Shown here piece by piece: positions 17,843-25,993 of a stretch of DNA of 35,199 bases (position 1 is its first letter; every line of letters begins with the position of its first letter). Position numbers and translations under genes: made by a program. Source of the DNA: a virus (lineage: Duplodnaviria; Caudoviricetes); the IMG/VR virus record IMGVR_UViG_3300035548_000056, positions 1 to 35,199 of that record; one strand, written 5' to 3'. The notes under the pieces were generated by a model. That model was not told where the DNA came from. It worked only from the letters and a program-made list of their open reading frames with translations, and ran no database searches.

Positions 17843-18700
17843 TTGGAGGTTTTAAAATTGGCTAGAAAAAATAAATTGATACAACCATTTCTGAAATGGG
17901 CTGGAGGAAAAAGACAATTATTAGAAGAAATAGATAAATACATTCCTAGTAAAATATCTACATATTACGAACCATTTGTAGGTGCTGGGGCTGTTCTTTT
18001 TGATTTGCAACCTAAAAAAGCAATTATAAATGATGCTAATGAGGATTTAGTAAATGTTTATAAGGTCATTAAGGATAATGTGGACTTGCTAATTGAAGAT
18101 TTAAAGAAGCATAAGAATGAAAAAGAGTACTATTATGAGGTAAGAAAACTAGACAGAACTGATGTCTATGAGAAAATGAGCGATATAGAGAAAGCATCTA
18201 GAATCTTATTTTTGAACAAGACTTGCTTTAATGGGCTTTTCAGAGTTAATAGTTCAGGTGAGTTCAATGTTCCATTTGGTAGGTATAAGAACCCTAATAT
18301 TGTTAATGAAGAAGTGCTTAGGGCAGTTAGTCATTATTTGAATAATAATAATGTAAAAATTATTCATGGTGATTTTGAAGATGCAGTAAAAGGTATGAGA
18401 AAACAGGCTTTTGTATATTTTGACCCACCATATCACCCACTATCAGATAGTTCTTCTTTTACAGGGTACACTCTAGATGGGTTTGATAAGAACGACCAAA
18501 TACGACTTAAAGAACTATGTGATGATTTGAATGAAAGAGGTTGTAGATTCTTATTATCTAATTCAAGTGCCTCTTTTATTTTGGAACTTTACAAGGACTA
18601 TAATATTGAACTTGTAGGTGCAAGCAGAAGCATTAACTCTAAAGGAAATAAAAGAGGAGAAGTCAAAGAGGTGTTGGTGAGTAATTTTGATTTGGAGTGA
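17843..18700 (+). CDS. dam: Dam-like (D12 class) DNA adenine methyltransferase; probable start TTG 17858
   Basis: PFLKWAGGKRQL, EPFVGAGA, LNKTCFNGLFRVN..G.FNVPFG and DPPY. Confidence 0.93.
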   Translation: MEVLKLARKNKLIQPFLKWAGGKRQLLEEIDKYIPSKISTYYEPFVGAGAVLFDLQPKKAIINDANEDLVNVYKVIKDNVDLLIEDLKKHKNEKEYYYEVRKLDRTDVYEKMSDIEKASRILFLNKTCFNGLFRVNSSGEFNVPFGRYKNPNIVNEEVLRAVSHYLNNNNVKIIHGDFEDAVKGMRKQAFVYFDPPYHPLSDSSSFTGYTLDGFDKNDQIRLKELCDDLNERGCRFLLSNSSASFILELYKDYNIELVGASRSINSKGNKRGEVKEVLVSNFDLE

Positions 18701-19062
18701 TTTTAATGGGAAGAAAGAAAAAAAAGAATACAAATAAAGACAGGCTTGTAGATAAGAAATGGGATAAGTTATTTGAGAAATACGATATTCTTCATAAAAT
18801 AGGACAAGATGGTTACTTTCATATAACCTCTACACAAATAAATGAGTTTAGGGAAGCAAGATTGATGACTAAATTCGACCACAGAAATAATTTGCCTAAC
18901 TTATTTTTTAGAAATAATTTAAGCATTTTGCCTACAACTAGAGGTTCTTATATTATTGGTAAGTTTAATGCTTATCAAGATATAAATTTAGATTATTCTA
19001 AAATAGAGGTTAAAAAGGTTTCTTTTCCAAATTGGATTGAGGGGGGACCAGCACACCTATAA
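18697..19062 (+). pseudogene. N-terminal fragment of a putative type II restriction endonuclease cognate to the MTase
   Basis: Overlaps the MTase stop; W..LF.KY.I, REARLM.KFDH...LP and ILP..RGSY.IG.F..Y; ends abruptly after PNWIE. Confidence 0.65.
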
Positions 19063-19094
19063 ATAATAATAGTAATGCAGAAAATAATATAAAA

Positions 19095-19310
19095 ATGGAG
19101 ATTACAAACGTAAATAACACGAATATAATTGATATAAATTCGTGTGATATTGAATCTCTGTTAAAACTCAGGGGGGTTGGTAAGAGTGAAGCATTGAGAA
19201 TCGTAGAAAATAGGCCGTATGAAAATAAATTTAGTTTAGTTGAAAAAGGAATCATAGACTTAAAAACTCTGGAAAATAACAAAGATTTAATTAAGGTAGG
19301 TGATTCCTAA
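19095..19310 (+). CDS. helix-hairpin-helix (ComEA-like) DNA-binding protein
   Basis: IDIN......L..L.GVG...A.RIVENRPY. Confidence 0.8.
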   Translation: MEITNVNNTNIIDINSCDIESLLKLRGVGKSEALRIVENRPYENKFSLVEKGIIDLKTLENNKDLIKVGDS

Positions 19311-19564
19311 TGGATTTCAAAGATCTTTTGAATTTACCTCTCGATGTCATTATATTAGGGACCTTGGTAATTGTCATCAAGTGGCTCTTACAGAAGGTAG
19401 ATGACCTTATACAGGATTCTAAAGAAGATAGATCAAGATATATAGATTCAATTAATAGCATATATAAAAAAATGGATAAGATGGATAGCATGGATAAAAA
19501 AGTAGACTCTATGGACACTAAAATAGACGTTATTTATGATATAATGAAGAGAGGTGATAGATGA
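19310..19564 (+). CDS. putative holin-like protein (one TM segment + coiled coil, BhlA/UviB-like)
   Basis: VIILGTLVIVIKWLL followed by a charged heptad tail. Confidence 0.55.
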   Translation: MDFKDLLNLPLDVIILGTLVIVIKWLLQKVDDLIQDSKEDRSRYIDSINSIYKKMDKMDSMDKKVDSMDTKIDVIYDIMKRGDR

Positions 19565-21351
19565 TGGCTTATGACGATCAGTCGGAAGAAGTAAACGGAT
19601 TATTAAATGAAGATGGGACAGTGACTACATATAGCGGGGAGGTGGTGGACTTGTCAGCGGCAACAGAAGAATATAAAAGGCGATTGCCACGAGTAAATAA
19701 ATTTTTAAACCCTGATGGTAGCGTGTCTACGTTTGGAGATGTGAGTGGTGTTAATTTCAAGCTAGACACAGGGTATGAAGACGGGGGGCTGTTGTTAGGG
19801 GTGACTCAAATAACATCAACAGAGATTGTATATTTGGCTGGAGATGGTGTGCATTATAAGCTCATAACTGGTACAACGGTTCCTTACACGCATGACGGGA
19901 CAGATGCTCCGAATATGACATATTTTGAAGAAGTTAGCTACAAGACGACTTCGGATAAATTAGAGAATTTACAAGAAGTTGTATTTAATACCGATAAGGT
20001 TTATGGTGTTGAGTTTAGTGGTAGTGACCCAGTCGGCACTAGAATATTAGATGCAATAGATATGGTAGCAGAGGTCGGGCTTGACGATTCTACAGTTACA
20101 AATGATTTTGATAGCGTGAGTTTTTTTGACAGACCTATTTGCTGTGGAACTCATGACTCAGATGGCAACTTCACAGTTAATGCCTACAAAGGGGATCCCG
20201 ACTTTGCAAGTGACGGAAGTAATGGAGAGGTGTTTTATGAATGTGCGCCTTTCTATTGGAATGAAAGTTACGACAGACCATGTGTAACTGCTAGTGCTAG
20301 AAGCGGATTCAAGCTTGCTCCAATGTTTAAAAATGATAAAAACAAGGTATATCTCCCTGTGTACTGGTTGTCAATGGTGGATGGAGTTGCGACTTCTAGA
20401 AGTGGGACATTTGGCACTTATAATTCAGTTAACAGGCATATGACTAATGCAAGAACTTACAACGCAACTAACGCACATATCGAGACTATGAAAGTGAGAA
20501 TATCTGAATATGTCTTGCAGTTAGTGGAGTTTGCCACAAAAGACTTTCAGACTGTCATGATGGGTGCTAGTTCTATGGCTTACAGTGATTTGCATGTGGC
20601 TACAGTTGCTGAAACTTCTGCAAATAGAATAATAATAAGTAACGCTTATTCGGGACAATTCGTGGTAGGGCAGACGATAGCTATAGGAAGTTCTCGTGGT
20701 TCAAATTCAGTCGCATCAGACAGGTTAATAACTTCTATAGACACTTATGATACTGAAAACGACGCTATCACATTCGACGGGGATGCCGTAGATATAACTG
20801 CAGGCGACGTAGTAAGCTCGCGACCATGGGTGAACGGTGCCCTGGATGTAGTCGAGGCTTCAAGTGGTTCAATAGGTTCTAATACTAGCGGGAAATATCC
20901 TTGCATTTGGAGAGGGAAGGTTGATCCATGGGGAGATGCCTTTTCCGGCTTATGTGATGTGCTTATTCAGAGAAATGGAACTGGAAGTGGCGAAGACCCT
21001 TACACTTACAGGCCTTATATCTTAGAAGACCCTAGGCTGTACTCTGGTGGGACTATAACAGGTGATTATATAGAACTTAATTACGACACTGCTCAGTCTG
21101 ACGGGTATGCAAAGACTCTAGGGAAAGACTCGAGATACCCTTATGCGTCGTTGACGAGTGAGGTCGGCGCGGCCAGCACTACTTATCTTAGTGGATATTA
21201 TTATTATCCTAGGTATGACGTGAGCGTGGTTTTTGCCGGCGGTGTCTGGTACAGCGGCCGGTTTTGTTCTCCGGTGTTCTTCGTCCTGTACGATTCCCCG
21301 TCTAGCTCGCAAATCAACCGTCTTGCCCGCCTTTTTGTTACCCGGGCTTAA
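19561..21351 (+). CDS. second fibre / receptor-binding protein with C-terminal CLec-type (DGR-target-like) domain
   Basis: Shares a ~69-aa domain with the tail fibre; WRG...PWG and terminal AGG.W..G..C...F......S......ARL motif. Confidence 0.8.
   Translation: MMAYDDQSEEVNGLLNEDGTVTTYSGEVVDLSAATEEYKRRLPRVNKFLNPDGSVSTFGDVSGVNFKLDTGYEDGGLLLGVTQITSTEIVYLAGDGVHYKLITGTTVPYTHDGTDAPNMTYFEEVSYKTTSDKLENLQEVVFNTDKVYGVEFSGSDPVGTRILDAIDMVAEVGLDDSTVTNDFDSVSFFDRPICCGTHDSDGNFTVNAYKGDPDFASDGSNGEVFYECAPFYWNESYDRPCVTASARSGFKLAPMFKNDKNKVYLPVYWLSMVDGVATSRSGTFGTYNSVNRHMTNARTYNATNAHIETMKVRISEYVLQLVEFATKDFQTVMMGASSMAYSDLHVATVAETSANRIIISNAYSGQFVVGQTIAIGSSRGSNSVASDRLITSIDTYDTENDAITFDGDAVDITAGDVVSSRPWVNGALDVVEASSGSIGSNTSGKYPCIWRGKVDPWGDAFSGLCDVLIQRNGTGSGEDPYTYRPYILEDPRLYSGGTITGDYIELNYDTAQSDGYAKTLGKDSRYPYASLTSEVGAASTTYLSGYYYYPRYDVSVVFAGGVWYSGRFCSPVFFVLYDSPSSSQINRLARLFVTRA
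19955..19972 (+). repeat. ATAAA-N8-TTTA(C) site (spacer TTAGAGAA, class D) at DKLENL
   Basis: ataaattagagaatttac; same protein position as the 4091 site. Confidence 0.7.
21226..21351 (+). other. DGR variable-region-like segment
   Basis: Only 10 A in 114 nt (21226-21339); scaffold codons are A-free and interspersed with NNC/NNT codons. Confidence 0.75.
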
Positions 21352-21377
21352 GGGGGTTTGGGGGAACCTTCCCCCAA
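21352..21377 (+). other. GC-rich hairpin directly after the VR (DGR target-recognition type)
   Basis: gggggt-ttgggggaa-cc-ttcccccaa, with no following U-tract. Confidence 0.7.
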
Positions 21378-21431
21378 TGGAATTTTGAATAAATAAACAT
21401 AAAATAAAAAAACTTAAAGAGGTGATAAGGA

Positions 21432-21758
21432 ATGAAAGCAGAAAGCACGATTATGCCCGCATCTCCATATGAGATAACGTTCAATGGAGACTACGCAGAA
21501 ATTGAATTTTTTACAAATATTACTGAATCGGAGGTGGAAGAGGGCGAGGCCGCCAAATGGGAGTATGACCACTACAGGTATACTACTAGATACAGAGACA
21601 CGTTAATAACAAGTTTAGATAACAATTACGACAGTTGGCTAGAAAAAGCTATAGAAAAAGAAGAAGCTGAAAACACTGTTGAAGAAACCGAGGCAGAGAA
21701 GATAGAAGAGTTGGAAAGTGCACTTGAAATACTTATTTTAGGCAGCTTGGAGGTGTAA
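21432..21758 (+). CDS. putative fibre chaperone (XkdW-like position)
   Basis: Acidic 108 aa with C-terminal T.AEKI.ELE.AL helix; lies between the fibre and an XkdX-like gene. Confidence 0.6.
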   Translation: MKAESTIMPASPYEITFNGDYAEIEFFTNITESEVEEGEAAKWEYDHYRYTTRYRDTLITSLDNNYDSWLEKAIEKEEAENTVEETEAEKIEELESALEILILGSLEV

Positions 21759-21759
21759 T

Positions 21760-21882
21760 ATGTACTCGATTTTGAAAAAAATGTATGTAGCAGGTAAATT
21801 GACAGAAACAGGGCTAGACAATGCTATTGCAAAAGGATGGATAACAGAGGTGGAAAAAGAAGAGATACTTGCCTCCTTATAA
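21760..21882 (+). CDS. XkdX-like small protein (40 aa)
   Basis: GGAGG RBS; MYSILKKMYVAGKLT...A.AKGWITE.E.EEI. Confidence 0.75.
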   Translation: MYSILKKMYVAGKLTETGLDNAIAKGWITEVEKEEILASL

Positions 21883-21896
21883 ATTCTAAAATTTAT
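21879..21896 (+). repeat. ATAAA-N8-TTTAT site (spacer TTCTAAAA, class E) overlapping the XkdX-like stop
   Basis: ataaattctaaaatttat. Confidence 0.8.
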
Positions 21897-21985
21897 CCAA
21901 ACTAAAAATACAAGCTCAGTATCTGACGGAGTAGCACATACTACGCTGGTATGGTACGAGAGTGGGGAATAAAGGAGGTGGACCT

Positions 21986-22402
21986 ATGGCCAGAGGTAAT
22001 AAGTTAACTTTAAAGCAGGAAATGTTTGTCCAAAGCCTGCTGGCCGGCAACACAAAAAGAAAAGCTTATGAAGACGCTGGGTATAGTATGAATATGGATG
22101 AGATAAAAACAGATATAGCAGCTCAAAAGGTATTTAACAATCCTAAGGTCCAGCTAAGGTATAACAATTTGATAAACGAGCACAAAGAAAAAGCCATGTG
22201 GGGGCGTGAGAGGGCCTATAAAGAACTTTTGGAGCTTATCTCAGATAGTAAGAAGGATGGCAACTACAACGGCCGTTTAGGAGCTATAAAAGAGTTAAAC
22301 AGTTTAGACGATTTATACCCGAAAGAAAAGAAAGAAGTTGATTTAAAAGTAAGCTCTTCAGATGTTTTTTCAAAATTAAAAGGGGCCTTGAAAGATGGAT
22401 AG
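21986..22402 (+). CDS. terS: terminase small subunit
   Basis: AAGGAGG RBS; LT.KQE.FV.......AY..AGYS and A.KEL motifs; precedes terL. Confidence 0.88.
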   Translation: MARGNKLTLKQEMFVQSLLAGNTKRKAYEDAGYSMNMDEIKTDIAAQKVFNNPKVQLRYNNLINEHKEKAMWGRERAYKELLELISDSKKDGNYNGRLGAIKELNSLDDLYPKEKKEVDLKVSSSDVFSKLKGALKDG

Positions 22403-23899
22403 TTTAAAAAATATATATACTAAAAAACAGTATGAAGTTTTGAGATATTCCATTAATAAAGAGCCTAAAATATTAATTTGTAATGGTGCAAAAAGGGCGG
22501 GGAAGACTTTTATACTTATACAGGCTTTTTTACTTCATATGCACGAATATAAGGGTATGGGTGTATCTTTTATAATAGGAGGTGCAACAAGCTCATCAAT
22601 ACAAAGAAATATTTTAGATGACATGGAACAGTTGATAGACGGCGAAATAAAGTTAAATAAAAATGGTGGGTTTGAACTGTGGGGCAATATGGTATATTGT
22701 TTCGGTGGTGCCAATAGTGATTCTTGGAAGAGTGTCAGAGGATTTACGGCAGCAGGGGCCTTCTTAAATGAGGGTACTGCATTGCACGACAGTTTTGTGA
22801 AAGAGGTAATATCTAGATGCTCATATAAAGGCTCTAGAGTATTTATTGATACCAACCCAGAGAACCCTATGCACTCTGTAAAAACTGATTATATAGATAA
22901 TGACGGCCAGTTATTGAGTGACGGAAGAGTTAATATAAAATCATTTAATTTCACCTTGTATGATAATGATAAATTGCCTAAAGACTATATAGAAAGTATT
23001 GAAAGGGTTACACCTTCAGGGATGTTTTATGATAGGGACGTTTTAGGCCTATGGGTAGCCGCCGAAGGTGTGGTATATAAAGATTTTGATAAGGATATAC
23101 ATTTGATTGATCATATTCCAGGAACTGAGGAAATAGATTATTATATAGGTGGTATTGATTATGGTTTTGAACATTATGGGAGTATTGTAGTAATTGCAAA
23201 ATGTAAAAGTGGTAATTATTATCTAATTGAAGAGGTGGCAGAACAGCACAGATATATAAATTGGTGGATTGATGTTGCACTTGAATTACAGGAAAAATAT
23301 CCATATATACAATTTTATGGAGATTATGCTAGAACCGAATATATTCAGCAGATGAAGGAAGCTGGAATCAATATAGAATTTGCAAACAAAAGTGTTGTAG
23401 AAGGGATAAATACTGTGGGATCCCTTTTGAAAACTAAGAAGCTATTTTTTATTAAAGATAAATTTAAAAAAGGCTTAGATGAAATGTACCTTTATGTTTG
23501 GGGAAGTACAAAGGCTAATGGTAAAGAAGAGGTCGTGAAAAAGAACGATGATGTGCTTAACTTATATCGGGTTCATCATAAAAAAATTGCGTAAAAAAAC
23601 TGGGACGCTGAAAATGCCAATCAGAGCTGAAGTTGTCGATGTAAAAGGCGATAACAGGCGCAGAGACTAGGAGTTGAGGAAACAATAATACTCCCACGAA
23701 CACGCAACGTTTTAATTTGATTAATATTGTAGCCGTAGATGTTCCAAATTAAAATGAAGATATAGTCCGAACTAATAGGAATAAAAACTATTAGAACTAA
23801 GTGATAAACACGCTTAGGATAACAAAATGCGACGGTGTTAGGTATGCTATATTCACAGATAAACAGTCATGCGGTGATGACGATATCACATTTTTATAG
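22395..23899 (+). CDS. terL: terminase large subunit (PBSX type), spliced: exons 22395-23557 and 23830-23899, 410 aa
   Basis: GAKRAGKT, LNE, DTNP and GIDYG; splicing restores KNDDVLDGVRYA. Confidence 0.92.
23558..23829 (+). ncRNA. group I self-splicing intron (IA-like, 272 nt, no ORF)
   Basis: Exon ends in U paired with IGS GGTTCATCAT (23570-79); P3 TTGCGT/ACGCAA; CAGAGACTA and AAGATATAGTCC (P7); P9 hairpins; terminal G. Confidence 0.92.
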
Positions 23900-23922
23900 T
23901 ATAATAAGTAGGAGGTGATAAA

Positions 23923-25176
23923 TTGAACATAATTAAAGCTGTAAAGAACATGTTAGCCAAGCCTTACGGATATATGACAAATTTGGGATATCAAAGATAT
24001 TCTGTTAATTACAACACGTTTTTAAAAGATGCTTATGACAATCCTTTCTTTTATGCTTGTATAAAGGAGATAGTAGACGATTTTAACAGCGTGGATATAA
24101 AAATATATAGGCAGTTAGGCGACAAAGTAGAAGAATCAAAAGGGCATATAGTACAAAAGTGGCTAGATGATCCTAATCCACAACTTACAAGGTCGCAGTT
24201 TAATGAGTATTTCATTACGTGGCTTATAATAGGCGGCGGATTGTTGCTTAATAAAACTAAAGGTTCTATGACTAAGTATCTGAATATATACTCACCAGAC
24301 TCGTTTGAAATAAAAAAAGATACTGGTATGAATATATCAGGGTATAAAATAGGATCTACAGTTATACAAGGTAATGAAATGAAATACTATAGATGCGTAA
24401 CCTCTGTAAATCCTTGTGATGGCATCGCAGGATATGGAACGGAGTTTAGAAGTCGTATAAAATCGGCTGCAAAGCCTGGGGATTTAACGAACTTTGCATT
24501 TAACCATATGAATTCACAACTTTCAAATAGTGGTAAAAGAGTAGGGATATTAAGTTATAAGAAGTTTCTTAATCCTCAAGCGAAAGAGGAAGCTAAAAGA
24601 AGTTTTGAATCAATGGGAAGCGGTACCAGCGGGGCCGGAAGGATAGCTATGTTAAATGGTGAGAACTTCGATTTTAAACAGCTTGATTTGACACCTCAGG
24701 AGTTAGACTGGCTTAATTCTATGACACTAATGAGGGAAATTATATGCTCTACATTGGGTGTCCCTGTCCAATTAATATCAAGAGATGGCAGCACTTACAA
24801 TAATATCTCTGAAATGAAAAAGAAGATATATCAAGATACAATTGTACCTCTATTGAAAGAATACTGTGAGCAGATGACGGCCTTCCTAAAAGACGAACTA
24901 GGAGAGAACCACTACATCTGGTATGACCTTTCCAGTATCAAAGAATTGCAGGAGGATAATACAGACTCAGCTCAAAAGACAGTTGAACTTCTTAATGGTA
25001 TAGCCACTAAAAACGAAATAAGAGCTATATTAACAGAAAAATATGGTTTCAATCTACCTAAAATGACTGGTGAATGGTATGATAAGACTTATGTAAGCTC
25101 GTCTGAAATTCCTCTTGAAAGTGCTGGTGAAGTAATAGATCCAGAAGAAGGAAGTGGGATAGATGGCGAAGAGTAA
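23923..25176 (+). CDS. portal protein, HK97 family
   Basis: PNP.LT, G.L and REIICS.LGVP.....STYNN.E....YQ.T..P. Confidence 0.92.
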   Translation: MNIIKAVKNMLAKPYGYMTNLGYQRYSVNYNTFLKDAYDNPFFYACIKEIVDDFNSVDIKIYRQLGDKVEESKGHIVQKWLDDPNPQLTRSQFNEYFITWLIIGGGLLLNKTKGSMTKYLNIYSPDSFEIKKDTGMNISGYKIGSTVIQGNEMKYYRCVTSVNPCDGIAGYGTEFRSRIKSAAKPGDLTNFAFNHMNSQLSNSGKRVGILSYKKFLNPQAKEEAKRSFESMGSGTSGAGRIAMLNGENFDFKQLDLTPQELDWLNSMTLMREIICSTLGVPVQLISRDGSTYNNISEMKKKIYQDTIVPLLKEYCEQMTAFLKDELGENHYIWYDLSSIKELQEDNTDSAQKTVELLNGIATKNEIRAILTEKYGFNLPKMTGEWYDKTYVSSSEIPLESAGEVIDPEEGSGIDGEE

Positions 25177-25960
25177 AGTCACGCAGGCAGAATTAAAACA
25201 AGCTAAGAATCTTAGAGTGTATAGTGAAAGGACTGCCGCAATGCGTGTCAAGTATATTAGGAGGCCTTATACTAAACTAGCTAGTGCGATAAAAAATAAA
25301 TATAACAAATCAGATGATAAGGATCTAAGTAAGTTTATAGAGAAAGAAATAAAAAATACTTTCGGGCCTGCTATGGAGCAACAATTGTTATTTGTTTGGA
25401 AACTAAATATTGATCAATTTATTGATTACTTTGTGGACAAATTTAAAAGAAATATAGTAACCGATAAAATAGACGTTGTAAAATCTAAGTTATTGAAAGA
25501 GTTTTCAAGTAAATATATGGCTAAAAAGGTAACCTCTATCTCTGAAACTACAGAAAGTATATTAAATACTAGAATAGCTAAATATACAGAGGAAGGTTTA
25601 AGCTTTAGGGACATGGCTAATAAAATAGTTGAAGATACAGGTGGGGAGATAAGCCGAACACGTGCCAAGCTGATAGCAAGTGAGGAAACTAGTCAGGCTA
25701 TCTCTGTGACTAATCATAAAACGGCTCAAGAGGCCAAGTTGAAATATAAAAAGTGGATCCACAGGGGTGGAGCTAAGGTTGACAGACCTAACCACCTTGC
25801 CATGGATGGCGTTATAGTCGGAATAAATCAAAAATTCAACGTTCCAGGTCATGAAAGTTGTCCTCCTACTAAAATGAGGTTTCCTAAAGACCCTGAAAAT
25901 GGAGTAGCCTGTCAAATAATTCGGTGCTTCTGTGGAGTTGTCTATACTAGAACCAAGTAA
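25163..25960 (+). CDS. minor head protein (SPP1 gp7 / Mu gpF-like)
   Basis: RA.LIA.EE, K.W.......R..H...DG, M.FP.DP and I.C.C. Confidence 0.88.
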   Translation: MAKSKVTQAELKQAKNLRVYSERTAAMRVKYIRRPYTKLASAIKNKYNKSDDKDLSKFIEKEIKNTFGPAMEQQLLFVWKLNIDQFIDYFVDKFKRNIVTDKIDVVKSKLLKEFSSKYMAKKVTSISETTESILNTRIAKYTEEGLSFRDMANKIVEDTGGEISRTRAKLIASEETSQAISVTNHKTAQEAKLKYKKWIHRGGAKVDRPNHLAMDGVIVGINQKFNVPGHESCPPTKMRFPKDPENGVACQIIRCFCGVVYTRTK

Positions 25961-25993
25961 AATATGGTATAATATACTAAAAGGGGGTGGAAA

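Noticed and set aside
19471-19520. ATGGA-based short repeats (MDKMDSMDKKVDSMDTK)
   Set aside because: Explained by coiled-coil coding in the holin-like protein
21358-21377. Hairpin as an intrinsic terminator
   Set aside because: No immediate U-tract, and chaperone genes follow; its context after a VR-like segment fits a DGR cis element better
4091-21896. 18-bp sites as a CRISPR array, integron attC or classical dif sites
   Set aside because: They are dispersed rather than regularly spaced, lack GTTRRRY/RYYYAAC ends, and do not match the 11-6-11 XerC/D dif layout
23558-23594. TerL C-terminus NLYRVHHKKIA from the ORF track
   Set aside because: This is read-through into the intron; the true end is in exon 2
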